From assembly GCF_004010195.1 (NCBI RefSeq), contig NC_057719.1, forward strand, positions 47,231,227-47,295,226: 64,000 nucleotides of DNA, written 5' to 3'. This DNA comes from Chiloscyllium plagiosum. Lineage: Eukaryota. Positions 11,548-25,796 of the stretch are shown here, one piece after another (position 1 is the stretch's first letter; every line of letters starts with the position of its first letter). The notes under the pieces were generated by a model. The model was given only the letters and a program-made list of their open reading frames with translations. It was not told the DNA's origin and made no database searches. A program made the translations under genes and the position numbers.

Positions 11548-13035
11548 GAAGGCTTTCCTGATTGGCCCAGGAAACCCAATCAAGAACCTCATAGTTAACG
11601 TAGTTCCATCCCACACCCACACTCCACCCCACCCTCGGGGGATGTAGGCCTGGTCTGCTGCTTGTAGCTTCTCTTGTGATACTTTTGTACTGGGACTGGT
11701 TTCTCCAACTCTGACTCAGACATTGGCGATGTGAACTGGCCTATGGCTCGTGCCTTGCATCCGGAACGTCTTGGAAGAGTCTCCTCTTCTTCTGGCACTA
11801 ATGTTTCGGATGCTGAGGTTTCCTCAACACTAGGTGGAGAGGGAGCACCTGCGGTTTCTGCCAGGCCTTCTGGCTGTTCTGTGGGACCAGACATGTTTTG
11901 CTCCTGCCTCATTTGTGTGGTAACAGCTTTCAGATGATCCACATGTTTGTTTATGACTGTATCACTGACCTGAGCTTTGTAAGTCATGGGACCTGACCTC
12001 ACATCAACCTCACTTCGTACCCATACAGGGTCATTTCCATGGTTTTGGCACCAAATGTCATCCCCTGAATTAAATTGTCTGTCTCACTTCAAGGAGGCAT
12101 GTGGCCAGCAATGGTGTTCCTGCTGCTCTTTCACCCTTCTCCCCCTCTGCTCAACACACCCCCACCCCCCCCCAACAGTCTGGGAATATCAGGTTTAACC
12201 TGGTGTGGAGTCTTCCACCCATCACCAACACTGCTGGAGCCATGTAGTTGCATGTGGGGTGGACCTAGAGTTGAACAGGAACAGTTTGGTTTCAATTGAC
12301 ATTGTAGGCTGTTTCTTTAAGCCTGCCTTTGGCATTTGGATCACTTTTTCCGCTAGACCATTAGACGATAGAGGATATTGAGCTGTCCTAATGCTCTGAA
12401 TACCATTAGACTTTAGGAAATATTGGAATTTTCTGCTGGTAATTGACGTCCCATTGTCCATGACCAATACTTCTGGGAGTTTGTGTATTGCAAATGATGC
12501 TCATAACTTCTCATTCAGGGCTAACCCAAATCACAAACCATGTTGTGCTAACCTCGTTTAAAAATCCCAATATGGATTCCCCCAAGTTCTCTAACACCCA
12601 AATAAAATTGATAGTCTTTCAGGAATAGAGAAGGTTTAGGATCGTAATATACCTCAACCAACTTTGTCAACTATTGGAAAGTTTTCTGTCCAGTGCCTTT
12701 GGGAAAGTTAACCCCTTTATAACCAAGAATGCTCTGGGTCCACATGCAGTCAGAAGGATTACTCGTTGCTTTTCGTCTGCCCCAATGTCATTTGCCCAGA
12801 AAAATCAAATGAGTCAAGCTTCTCAAATAAAGACACGATGCCAAAAATGCTTACTCCATCTCCAAGATGAAAGTTGCAAGCAAATGTTCTTCAGGCATGT
12901 CCCGTTTTCTCCCATTGCCTCTGAAAAAAGCTGCATAGGTGCCAGATCCCATTTATGCTCTAGTGCACAGCACACTGGCTTTGATAGCCAGCTTGGAGTC
13001 AGTCCTCAACTGAGGAGATTGTAATCCCTGGTCAT

Positions 13036-13136
13036 TTTTTTTTCCTCTTTTACTACGTCAGGTTCGAGCACCGCCGTTTTAAGGCGTCGGATGGCGGTGG
13101 CCACGTACTGAACATCTACCGCTGCCCTGCCTGCTA
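13036..13136 (-). mobile_element. 101-bp retroposed GC-rich fragment with A-tail, source unidentified
   Basis: 16-bp TSD TGTAATCCCTGGTCAT at 13020-13035 and 13137-13152; T-run at the left end. Confidence 0.75.
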
Positions 13137-14830
13137 TGTAATCCCTGGTCATATTGGTCAGCCAGGCCTTTCATGATTGGCCCAGGTTAACAACCCCAAT
13201 CAAGAACTTCATAGTTAATGAGGTCCACCTGGTTCCAATCATACACTTCCACGTTGCCTTCCTACCAACAGAACATGGAAGTCTCCAGTACACTAAATGC
13301 TGGTGAACTTTCTTGAGATTGAAGCAGATATGAAGTTGCCAAGAAAGAAGTAGTACAAGATGAAGACTTGGGACAGGACATTTTTAGCACATATTGTGTA
13401 AATTTGAGAAGTTTTATTTTAGATTTCATGTGCCAGTTCTATACACTTAAGTGAGGGAAATAAAGTCTGGCAGAAGCAATTTTGAAAAAGTCGATTGATA
13501 ATTTGATTTGTCTGTTTTGCCATTGATTGTTTATATAAGCATGATTTGATTGGTTGTGTTTGTATTGGTTACTACTTTAGGTAGTTTATAATCCCCTGTA
13601 TAGAGTCAAGTTAATCAGCATGACTAACACTATATTTGAGTTAACAGCATGCGTGACAGACTCTATATGCCTCTCATGCCTGTGCTCACAGACTTGCATT
13701 GGTTTCCAGTCAAGCAATGTCTTAGCCTTAAAATACTCATCTTGCTTTCAAATTGCTCCACTATGTAGTCTCTCTCTGACCTGGTAATCTGTTCTAGTCC
13801 CCCAACCCATGAGATAATCTGTAGTCATCAAATTCTGGTCTCTTGAACCTCCCTGAATTTAATCACTCAACCATTGTAGTCATTCCTTCAGTGACAAGGC
13901 TATAAGCTTCTTATAATCCCTTCCCTACAGATGCTCCTTTAAAATTTGACTCGTTGATCAGATTTTGGTAATCTACTCTAAGATTACCTTTGGCTATGTC
14001 AAATCTAGCATTTTAAGTGCCCCTTGGACATTTTATTTAGGTACTATATAACTACAAGTGGTTGTAAAGTATGGAGGCCAATTTTCTGCACTACAGATGC
14101 AAAGTAAAACTATTATAACTAACGATAATTGGAATACCCATTTTGACTGTGGCACAGATGCACAATGTGCTATCTTGTCACTCCAGAGAAATATTCAGAT
14201 TATATTTGTAATAATTGAGAGAATCAAAACATCTGCCTGTAAGTACACATGCTGATAAATTTACAATGCGTGTCAGATTACTTACTTGCATAACAAAATG
14301 TGTATTTGACAAAACTTGCGTTTATTTAGTGCCTGAATGCAATGTCCAACAGATAAATTTTAAGGAACATCTGTAGGGAAGGGATTCCAGAGCTTAAGGT
14401 TTTCGCAGTTGAAGGAGTGAGTCCAATGGTTGAGTGATTAAACTTGGGGATGTTCAAGAGGCCAGAATCTGATGACCATAGATCACTTCCAGCTTTGTGG
14501 TACAGTCACTAAAATGTTGGCGTATCAGATTCAACAAGATTGCATTAAAGCTTAATTTGCAGCATGGCCTCCTTGTCTAAAAGTATAAATAAATACATAC
14601 ACACAGTATCAAATTGTTTTGATACAATATCCAGCATTTCAAGCAGTTCTATTTATAATGTGTAGGAGTTCCTGTTCTAATCGAGATAATATGCTGTCTG
14701 GTTAGTGAGCATGAATTAGAAACATTACCATATTCTAGATGATTTGTTTTCTTTATTAAGTTTAACCTCATGAATTTGCACTGCAGTTGACTCGAGAAAG
14801 TCATTTAAAAATGTTCTTTAGACAGGCACA

Positions 14831-14904
14831 ATGAGAACAAGTGAATTTGACTCTTCAGACGAGGACTCCGAAGAACAGAACCAATTGCCATTGCAAGTAG
14901 CCTG
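14831..14904 (+). CDS. CDKN3: CDKN3 (KAP, CDK-associated dual-specificity phosphatase) first coding exon
   Basis: MRTSEFDSSDEDSEEQNQLPLQVA(W); acceptor AG at 14820-14821, donor GTAAGT at 14905. Confidence 0.95.
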
Positions 14905-15099
14905 GTAAGTATCTGCACCAAATTCATTGCTACCACTTTGCCAATATGTTTGTTCTCTGTACACACATTAATGCATGGCACCACTCACCTCAGTCAGATG
15001 GAATGTTACTGAGATTAAGAATTACATTGCAATTTTCTTCATTGTGGGACTATATAATTGCTGTACTATCATAATTCTTGAATATCGCTGAGATGAATG

Positions 15100-16320
15100 A
15101 CATGTTGCTGAAGCTCCATCCCAGACTCAAATTCACATTTGAGATGGAGCAACTCACTGTCTTCCCTCGATGGACTAGCTGAGAAATACATTAATGGATT
15201 CTTCACTGTTGACTTCTACAAGCCTGCCTTCATCAATCAGTTTACACATTGAGATTCATGTAGCTCCACATGCTATAAGATTGGCCTTAACTGAAATCTC
15301 GTAAATAGTGCACTCGCCATTTGCTAACCTTGCACAGTTAACACAGAATTAGATTGCATCAGAGTTTTCCTGCAGGACAATGATGGTCTTGATCAGGTCA
15401 TTAGTCTGTGTCTATTGTGCAAACACACAAGCTAGCCAAAGACTGACCTGAAAAATGTCTTTAAAAAATTGGCTGATTGAATCAAACAGTCCAATCATTC
15501 AGTTGTCACAATACATTGAGTACAGTTTATATTCTATCAGTCTGTGCCTGCAAACCCTAAACAAAAACATCTGCTATTAAATTTGAGGCAGGCAGTGTCT
15601 GCTGACACTAGAACTACAGGACACTTGTATGCTCACACACTCGGAAACTTACATGTTCATGGTTCCATTGTTGCATCGGGTGTGACATAGAAATGGAAAT
15701 TAGCGGGGCTGTGAATGGGGGAGAGAATGGACAAGGCTGGGGCTGGGAACAAGAGGGATTTCTCTCACCCTCCAACCCAATATCACACTCTTTCCACAAC
15801 CTCCACCTATCTCAGCCAATCATCTGGTCCTTCACAAACCCCTCCTCGTTCAGTGATGCATGTTTGCAGGCAATAGTGTGTATTCTCTGCAGTGTTAGCA
15901 AACACAGCTTAAATTAGATTCCATGATTGGGCAGCACTCGTTGAATAATCCTGTGTGCAAATAGCTACAGTGATCATCAATTTAAGATAATTGGTCCATT
16001 ATCTTAATAATGCGGCTCATTTAGATTTGCTAGAAGCTACATAGACACAGGGATAGGGGCCTGTTCTCAGCAAATAAAATGGTGTATGTTCGGACCTTAT
16101 GATTTTAAAAAGTTACCTTGGGGCTTGGGAAACCTATTATTCCCCATTGCTTTCTCAATGACAATGTCTTGGCCAATTGGAGTTAATTTTTAAACAATCA
16201 GCACCATTTTATCCTATACATTTAATTGTTGTGATCATTTGAAATTTTGTATTTTTGTATTTGTCCTGATAAGTGAAAGATGAAAAACTTCAGGAACCTG
16301 TCTCTTTTCTCATCAATATT
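15100..16320 (+). mobile_element. Old degenerate Penelope-like element fragment
   Basis: Decayed RT-thumb-like sequence (ctcaaattcacatttgagatggag...tataagattggcc) and a decayed hammerhead-like cctgataagtgaaagatgaaaaacttc near 16265. Confidence 0.5.
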
Positions 16321-17387
16321 TAAACTCTGTACTTTTTGTAACATTCTCAATGTCTATTGAGTTTTTAAAAGTAACAAATTCACATTCCAAGAAATCAATA
16401 TGTTTTCCAAGAAAGTTTTCATCAATGTCCCTTTTTCACAGTTTCACTTGACTTGCTTAACTCTCACCACTATTTAAGTATGCTTACAGCTTAGAAATGT
16501 TCTTTTTATTGTACTTCAGACTCAGTAAATGTTGAAGACACAATGATAGATGAACCATGCATTAATAACTTGTCGAGGGTTCAACTAGAGTTTCTAATCC
16601 CATTTTGGTATTCTACAAACATACAAGTTAGGAGCAGGAGTAGCTTTCTCAGTCCTTTCACTCTGCTCCACTGATCTGATTACTCCACAATCCTGCCTAC
16701 CCCTGATAACCTCTCATGTCATTGTTTATTGAGAATCTTCTTGATACTTTTGCCTCATAAATATTCAGAGACTCTTCTTCCACCACATTTTGATGAGGAG
16801 AGTTCCAATATTCTCTGAGAACAAAAATCTTTGTCTCTGTCATTAATTGGCAACTCTCTATTTTCACACTGTGACTTCCAATTACAGATACTCTCTCAAG
16901 AGAGTCTGAGGATGAGACCAGACTTGGATCAATATCAGGTATCCTTGCAGTGCATTATAGACAGAGTGGCACACAATCTTAACATGCCATATGGAACAGG
17001 GAATGTGATGATCTCTCAGAAGTTGGGAGTATGGCAGCAGTCATCTGAGGAGGAAAATGAGGACACTAAGTGGCTAGGAAATCATCTTCTGCATGATAAG
17101 AGAGCTGTAGTGTCACACAAAACAATCCAGGAAGGACTTCACTGACATTCAATTCCAACTGATGTGAGCTGGGTATGGGGATCACCCACTGACTGTAAAT
17201 TTGTTGCTGTTTGAAAGGCAAATGATCATTGTCAGTTTCTTCAAAGCAAATGCAAGTTTTCTTTCTGTTTTTTTAATGCTAGTGAATAAAAGTGAAAGGT
17301 TTCAACCATTTGGATGCTTTCCAACATGTGTTTGTTTAATGTGGAATTGTGAAGGTATTGGGCTACATTGAGGTTTAGGGACAGAGT

Positions 17388-18515
17388 TGAGTTATAGACT
17401 CATACAGCACAGGAACAGACCCTTCAGCCCAACTCGTCCATGTTGACCAGGTTTCCTAAACCGAACCAGTCCCATTTGACTGCATTTATCGCTCTAAACC
17501 TTTCCTACCCATGTACCTGTCCAAATGTATTTTAAATATAAATATACTCCTCTTACACTTCCTCTGGCAGCTCATTCTATATACGTACCACCCTCTATGT
17601 GGAAAACATTGCCCCTCCACGACCCTTTTTAAATCTTTCCCTCTTCAGGGCCTTACCATTAGCTGTGTAAGTCCTGCCTGGTTCGTGTTACCAAAATGCA
17701 ACATCTCGCATTTATGTAAATTAAACTCCATCTGCCATTCCTTGGTCCATTGGCCCACTTGATCAAAATCCAATTGAAATCTTAAATAACCTTTTTCACA
17801 GTTCACTATACCATCCACAAACCTACATGCCTCCTATATGCAGATTGTTTATAACAATGGTGAACAACAGTGGATCCTTGTGGCTTACCACTGGTCACAG
17901 GTCTCCAGACTGAATAATGACCCTCTGTCTACTACTGTCAAGCCAATATTGTATTCAGTTGGCTAGCTTTCCCTGGATCTCATGTGATCTAACCTTACAA
18001 ACCAGTCTACCATGCAGAACCTTGTCAAAGGCCTTGCTAAAGTCCACATAGAACCTTTTACCACTCTGCTTTCATCTATCATCTTAGCCACCTCTTGAAA
18101 AAGCTCAATCAAGTTTGTGAGACACTATTTCCCATGAACAAAGCCATGCTGACTATCCCTAATCAGTCTTTGCCTTTCCAAATACAGATTCCTGATGAAG
18201 GGCTCCTGCCCGAAACGTCGATTTTCCTGCTCCTTGGATGCTGCTTGACTTGCTGTGCTTTTCCAGCACCACTCTAATCTTGACTCTGATCTCCAGCATC
18301 TGCAGTCCTCACTTTCGCCTTTCCAAATACATGTCGATCCTGTCTCTCAGAATCCCCTCAAACCCCCCACCTTAACCACCATTGACATTAGGCTCACTAG
18401 TAAGTATTTCCCTGGCTTTCCTTGCAACCTATTTTAAATAATAGCACAACATTAGCCACCCTCCAGTGTTCTGGCACCTCACCCATAGCTATAGATGATA
18501 CAACTATTTCTGCGA
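17388..18515 (-). mobile_element. CR1 (HER1-like) LINE fragment, internally deleted
   Basis: Same 3' UTR and RT segments as the copies at 19077-20203 and 62245-63302. Confidence 0.8.
18187..18316 (+). mobile_element. 130-bp PLE-derived SINE-like insertion starting with a hammerhead core (18190-18221)
   Basis: TC-CTGATGA-A-GGGC(TCCT)GCCC-GAAA-CG-TC-GA. 15-bp TSD GCCTTTCCAAATACA at 18172-18186 and 18317-18331. Confidence 0.8.
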
Positions 18516-19076
18516 GGAGACAAGGTTCGACGATGGAATGATACTAAGGACAGGTAATTTGTGCACCTTGATTCTTAAATCGCAATACAATTATAAATTG
18601 TGCCCTTGTATTTGCAGTGAAGCATCAGCTGTGTCACTTATGTGCCCTGAAGTATTTCTTTTTGACTTGCCTCCCACAACGTATATAGTGAAGGGAAACT
18701 CCTAGTTGACAGCACTTGAAATCCCAGGAGATTGAGGGAGTGGCGAGAGGGAAAATAGGACAAGTGGGGTGCCATAGAAACATGGTGCAAAGATAATGAA
18801 GTGGGTTTTGGAGAAAAGATTTGAGAAATCTTGCTAGAGCTCCACAGAAAGATACCCTGGACACAACTCACCAAGATTGACACTTGTCTGATTTCTGCTA
18901 AACGTTCACCCCAAAGCCTGTAAAAAGTTTTAGCTAAACTCGTATGTCCTGACAGAGCCGTATATCTGATAAAGCAGTTTCATAATGGATAGACAGTCAA
19001 TGTTGCTGACAGAGGTGAGTACACTGACCGCCGTGTTCATCAGCAAAATCTTTGCTACCAGGCTTTCAGGAGCATT

Positions 19077-20203
19077 TAGAGAGTCATTGAAATGTACAGC
19101 ACGGAAACAGACTCTTCAGTCCAACTCGTCCATACCCACCTAGTATCCTAACCTAATCTAGTCTCATTTGCAAGCACTTGTCCCATAGCCCTCTAAACGC
19201 TTCCTATTCATAAACTCATCCAGATGCCTTTTAAATGCTATAATTGTACCAGTCCCCACCACTTCCTCTGGCAGCCGATTCCATGCACCACCCTCTATGT
19301 GAAAAAGTTGTCCTTTAGGTCTCTCTAATGCACTTTTCCACTCCACCCTAAAACTCTGCCCTCTAGTTCTGGACTCCCTGACCCCAGGGGAAAGACTTTG
19401 TCTATTTATCCTATCCATGTCCCTCATAATTTTATAAACCTCTATAAGGTCACCCCTCAGCCTCCGACGCTCCAGGGAAAACAGGCCCAGCCTATTCAGC
19501 CTCTCCCTATAGCTCAAATCCTCACCCTAACAACATCCTTGTAGATCTTTTTTGAACCCTTACAAATATCACAAGATCCTTCCGATAGGAAGAAGACCAG
19601 AATTGCACCCAATATTCCAACAGTGGCCTAACCAATGTCCTGTACAGCCGCAACGTGACCTTCCAACTCCTGTACTCAATACTCTGACCAATGAAGGAAA
19701 ACATACTAAACGCTTTCTTCACTATCTTATCTACCTATCTACTTTCAAGGAGCTATGAACCTTCTTTGCTGTCCACTACAACCTCCACTTTGGTGTCATT
19801 TGCCAACTTACTAGCTATACCTCCTATGTTCATATCCAAATCATTTATATAAAAGTTGAAAAGCAGTGGACCCAGCACCGATCCTTGTGGCACTCCACTA
19901 GTCACAGGCCTCCAGCCTGAAAAGAAACCCTCCACCACCACCCTCTGTCTTCTACCTTCGAGCCAGTTCTGTATCCAAATGGCTAGTTTTTGCTGTATTC
20001 CATGAGATCTAACCTTGCTAACCAGTCTACCATGGGAAACCTTGTCAAATGCTTTACTAAAGTCCATGCAGATCACATCTATCACTCTGCCCTCATCAAT
20101 CCTCTTTGTTACTTCTTCAAAAAACTCAATCAAGTTCATGAGACATTATTTCCCACGCACAAAGCCATGTTGACTATCAATAATTAGTTCCTGCCTTTCC
20201 AAA
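19077..20203 (-). mobile_element. CR1 (HER1-like) LINE 3' portion
   Basis: [53 protein letters not shown]. Confidence 0.92.
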
Positions 20204-23200
20204 ATATGTGTTTTTGGAATATGCATCCAATTCAAATCAGATGGCCATCTCTTCAATCTGAAACAGTTGAAATCCTCAGCGTAAGATATAGAAGATGATA
20301 GAACAGGAATTTCTGTTGGTAATGACTCTGAGCTAATTTCACACTGTGAGCATGGGTTTTTGAAGAGTCATGGACTTCAAAGTACTGACAGCTATGGGTT
20401 AACCATCACTTTAAAGAAAACAGCTACATTCCTTCAACTAGCACCAAACTCTGACTCTACACCACTTACTATTAACAATCAATGGCACATCCTGAATACA
20501 ATAAACCACCCATCTCAGAAGCATAATCATTAGAAATGTCTGCATTGATAACTAAGTGACAAATAGAATTATCAGTGCAAGCTCAGCATTTGCCTATTTT
20601 TGGAACTGTGGAGGAAACCGGATATCAAACTTACAATAAAACATGCTGTTTTCAAAGCAATGATATTACCATCTATCCTTTATGTTGACGAGGCATGGAC
20701 TACTTACTCTTGATGTATTAAGCAGTTGGACAGGTTCTGTACAAAGTAACTTTTAGAACTTCATGAATCTGGAATGTGAGGACAAAGTTCACAACAGTGA
20801 GGCACTTAAACAGCAGCAATGCCTGGAATTGAAACATTTTACACTTGAGCCCAGCACAGATGGAATGAATGTGGAGTATATCTGACTGACAATGAGCTCC
20901 CTAAGGCAGTTGTGTATTCACAAATTGGAGAATAGGCTGAGGCTACTCCTTGAAGGTGAACTTCAGAAAGTGTGGCCTATCCATCATGAATTGGGAAAGA
21001 GAAGCTCAATAAAGAACTAATTGGGGAGTTATCTTAATTCATGGTATTGTTTCCAACAAATAGCAAACAGTAGAATAGTTGAAGATAAATATCAAGCTAG
21101 AAAGATTGGGTAGTCCCAAGAAAATCAGACAATGTATCTTTGCCCACACTATGAAAAGCTGGGCAGCTCTGCAATCCACAATTTCCATGCAGAAAACAGC
21201 CATCTTCAATAAGAAAGGAAAACCAATGACACCACACTGCCCATCACTGAGGATTGGCTTACCTGTGGATCATCCTCCTTTTGTTAGTTGTTCAATTATG
21301 TACCACTGTTCATGACTGGATGCTGAGCTTAAATCTGATCTGTTGATTTGTGGGATTGCTTGGATCTACCACATGCTCTATGTGTTGTATGTCATAAATG
21401 TAGCCTTGTGTTGCAATATAACAAGTTTGGCATTTCATTTTTAGGAATGCATATCGCTGCTAATGGCTTACTCACTTGCACTTGTTGAACCCCTGGCTTG
21501 ATAATTGTGAGAACAAAAGAAATAGGAGCAGGAGTAACCACTTAAACCTACCCTGCCATTCTATAAAATCTTGGCTGATCTGCCCCAGGCCTAAACACCT
21601 CTTCTGTTCAGCTCATCATAGCCTTCAACTCCTTTATATCTACCTCCTCTTTAAATACTTTCAGTGATGTAGCCTCCACAACTCTGAGGCAGAAAATCGC
21701 AGAGATTCATTACCCTCTGGGAGAAGAAATTTCATCTCATCTATTTTAAACAATTATTTCCTAGCTCTGTAACTGTGTCCCCTAGTTCAAGAATCCTGCA
21801 CAGGTAGAAATATCTTCTCAACCTTTACCATGTCAAGCCCCCTCCGAATCTTGTATGTTTCAATAAGTTTGTTCTAAATTCTAATGAATTAAGGCCTAAT
21901 CTTCATAAGTTTATACATTCATAATATATAGGAACAGAATTGGGCCATTCGGTCCATCGAGTCCGCTCTGCCATTCGATTATGGCTGATATCTCACTCAC
22001 CCTCATTTTCCTACCTTCTCCCCATAACCCTTCAACCCATTACCAATTAAAAATCTGTCTAACTCCTCCTTAAATTTATTTACTGTGCCAGCATCCACAC
22101 GTTTTGGGGTAGTGAATTCTGTTTTAAGTTTGCTAGCCGTTATCCTAAAATTATGACCTCTCATCCTAGAATGCCCCACAAAAGGAATCATTCCAGACAG
22201 TATAGGCCTAAACTGTTGAATCTCTTTTCATATGACAAACCCCTCATCTCTGGGGTAATCTGTTTAGCTGTTTTTGATAAGTCAACCTCTTCATCCCCAG
22301 GAATCAACATAGTTAATGCCCTTTTTGAACTGTCTTCAATGCTATTACATTGTTTGAATAAAGTGAGGGATTTGCCAGACCATGAAATTACAGATTGTGG
22401 CTCAATATAGCTATGCTGCTGCTGGTATCCCAGACTTGATGATTTGTCCTTTCTACCTTCAATGTTTCTTGCAATTTCTGTTTAATGTGGAAGAGTGATT
22501 CATCGGCTGAGGGAGACCGGCAGGTTGCATGTAGCAGGTTTCCTTACCTGTATTTGAAAAGGTTCCAGAGCTCCTGAATGTATACCATGGTGCCTCCTCT
22601 GGCAATGGCAGAGTCTGAGACAGTGAGTGTATTGTGTGATTCGGTGAGTTGGACTATGTCAAGTTGTTACTTGAGTTGTCTGTTGAAGATGGCTCTCCAG
22701 AGCTTTGTCACACGATCCTGGATGTTAAAAAGATGGACTTTGCAGTGGAAGGATGTGTCAGTGACATTTCTGGGGCCTAGTTCAAAGCCCAATGGACCAC
22801 CTGTTTTATTCCTTTTTGACTTTTCTATTGTAGTTGAGTACAAATAAATTATTTCGGGGGCATTTACTGGTCAACCACATTGCTGTTGATCCAGCTGGAT
22901 GGGCAAGGCTGGCAGATTTCCTTCCCTAAAAACATTGATGAACCAGATGAGCTTTTATAACAGTTGTACAATCTATTAGTTTCATGATCACCCTTACCGA
23001 CAGTGGTTTTTAATTTCAGGTGATAGGATTTGAACTTGTGTCTCTAGAACATTAGTCTGCTGCCCTGGATTGCCAACTCAGTAATAGTACCACAATAACA
23101 CTATCCCCTAGAAGAAATTAGAGGTCAAGGAAAACTGATAGGGTTGAGTTACCAGAAAATAAAAGGAAGGAGCAGAATGGGTGAGTGTTATATTCTCCCA

Positions 23201-25087
23201 AGGAAACTTCATAGCAGAACAATCTTAAAGGATTTGTATTTTAATGCATAAGGTAGACGAACTAATGGCACATTTTGAGGTCACAAGGACTTTAAATTAG
23301 TTAAAAGAGTGGGAGGTCCCAGAAGAAGTTACTTAAGTTTCCTGAACAACTAGAAGGTATGGAAATGGTCAGGAGTCTAACTTCAGGCATAGCAGATAAA
23401 GGGCAACTATGAGAACGAGGGGCAGTCAGCGCAGATCTGAGGGTGTTGTACTTCAATGTGCACAGTATATGAAATAAGGTAAATGAGTTTTTAGCATAGA
23501 TTGAAATTTATAGGTAGGATGTTTTGGGTAGACAGAGACATGAGTGCAAGAGGATCCGAGCTGGAACCTAAACATCCAAGGATATACATCCTCTCAGAAG
23601 GACATGCAGATGGCGGAGGGGGTGGGGTTGCCTTGTTAGTAAGAAATGAACTTAAATCAATAGTGAGAAGCGATAAAAGTCATAAGATGTCAAATCTGTG
23701 TGGGTAGAGTTGAGGAACCACAAAGGAACAACTACCCTGATGGGAGTTGTGTACAGCAGTAGTCAGGATATGAGGCAGAAACTAAATTAGGCACATGGTA
23801 CTGGCATGCATAGAGAATTGGCTGAATAGTAGAAGGCAGAGAGTAGGGTGAAGGAGTCTTCCTCAGGATTGCAGTGGGTGACTAGCAGAATTCAAGTCTA
23901 CTAGTGTTGGGACCACAACTATTCTCATTATACATTAACAATCTAGATGAAGAAGTTGAGGGCATTGTTGCTATGTTTGCAATGACACATAGATATGATT
24001 GAATGACAGAGCAGATTTAATGAGCTGAATGAACCAATTCTGCCCTGATAACTTATGGTTATAAGGAGCACAGGAACTCTCAAGATACAGTATTATGCTT
24101 AAATGCATTCATATGATTGTGACTAGTGTCTTGATTGACCTTTTGCTCCTGAAGCTATTAACGTAAAATCAATTTACTTCTCTATCAACATTTTTAATTA
24201 ATTTGAGGTGTCAGATTTTGGGTTTCATTCTGCATTTTCAACCATGATCAAAAAGAAATTTGGACATAATTAATGTTGAATAGTTGTTTTTATGTTAAGT
24301 TCACAAAAAAATGAAGACCTGGTTGATAAGCACAAACTGGAGATCCTGGGACATAGAAAATATCATTTCGTTAACAAACTCACCCAAGCCATAATGAACA
24401 GCCATTGATACTGCTACACTTAATCTGGGACAGGACGTGGATTCAAATCTTATTTCAAATACTTGCAGTGGGCATTGAGATAGGATTGGGGAGAACGGAA
24501 GTCCCATACAGGATCAGGTAGTCTGGCCAGGTCTCCACAGCTGCAGGGCTGTAACCTGTTCAACTGACAACTTCACTATCCAATCCCTGGAGAAGGAACA
24601 AAGTCAGAAGATGAACCACAAAGAGTAGCTGTGGAGTTGGGGAACAAAAGAGGAAAATATAAATACAGAGCTGTTTGCACAAAAAAGTCATTCAGGAAGC
24701 AAGTTTCCTTCAAGAATAAAACCCACCGATATTTCAGTAGTATTTTTGTTTTATCAAAATGTTAATCAGTTCACCTTCTCAGAAAATGAGAGAAATATAT
24801 GTAGAGGGTGAGTGAGGACAACTATGTTCAGTTTGTATAATAGAATAGTAATGGTCATCAGATGATGTTATTTTATGTGTGATGCAGCAAGAGTAGTAAT
24901 CCATTTTGGATATTCAGAATCTTTTCCCAGTTTCCTTTATTGAAGTATATGCAGGGTAGCCAAAGGACAGAGCAACATCTCTCCTCTGACTGCCAGAACA
25001 ATGATTACAGTATATTTTATAGGTGAATGTTCACATTATCCATCAATTAGAGTTCAGATTACATCCAGATTAGTATCGTATGATTGA

Positions 25088-25241
25088 ACTTAAAAATGTG
25101 TTGCTGGAAAAGCGCAGCAGGTCAGGCAGCATCAAAGGAACAGGAGAATCTCCTTTGATGCTGCCTGACCTGCTGCACTTTTCCAGCAACACATTTTGAA
25201 GCTCTGATCTCCAGCATCTGCAGTCCTCACTTTCTCCTATG
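25088..25241. mobile_element. Fold-back PLE-derived element lacking the hammerhead at its apex
   Basis: Inverted arms aaaatgtgttgctggaaaagcgcagcaggtcaggcagcatcaaagga; 10-bp TSD GTATGATTGA at 25078-25087 and 25242-25251. Confidence 0.8.
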
Positions 25242-25656
25242 GTATGATTGATACAATATCCTTTTTTGGGTCACAATCCATCTCCTCCACACTCTTGGTT
25301 CGTCCACTCCCTTCATGTCCAAAAGTGTTCATGCTAGACTAAGCTTTTTGATTATAGTCCACTACTCTCAGGCATGTTTATGTGTTATCTTAACCTGCTC
25401 ATATATTTGGATAATGGGTAAGAAGAGGCCCACATACGGAAAATCACTGGCAATACTAACTCAAGGTTAGTGTCGGAGACCAGTCCGAAATTCATAGGCC
25501 TAAGTGATGGCCTTTGTAGGTTTTATTTGTAGCAGTGATCCATTGTCTTTTTCTGATTGTTAAAATATATGCTTATTATTGCAAGTGTCTGTTGCATTTG
25601 GCCACATTAAATTGCTAAAATATATAGATAGAAATACTTTGCTATGTATTTAATAG

Positions 25657-25712
25657 GTTGGCTTTATCAGTGGTGAACTGCCACCAGTTCCTTGGAATCT
25701 GTGCACTGCCAG
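25657..25712 (+). CDS. CDKN3: CDKN3 coding exon 2 (56 nt)
   Basis: (W)LALSVVNCHQFLGICALP(G); AG/GT boundaries, phase consistent. Confidence 0.95.
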
Positions 25713-25796
25713 GTAAGCCATTTGATTTGATTTGATTTGATTTCTTATTATCACATGTCACGAGATACATTTAAAAGTATTGTTTTGCGTGCTATC

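Larger units (their letters stand above)
10307..13245 (-). mobile_element. Internally deleted Gypsy-like LTR retrotransposon (two LTRs, gag and integrase remnants)
   Basis: Related LTR sequence at ~10307-10445 plus 11548-11610 and at ~12945-13245; TGTAT...ATACA ends. Integrase-like MDNGTSITSRKFQYFLKSNGI...YPLSSNGLAE...STPHATT; gag-like WANDIGADEKQRVILLTACGP. No TSD recognised. Confidence 0.75.
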
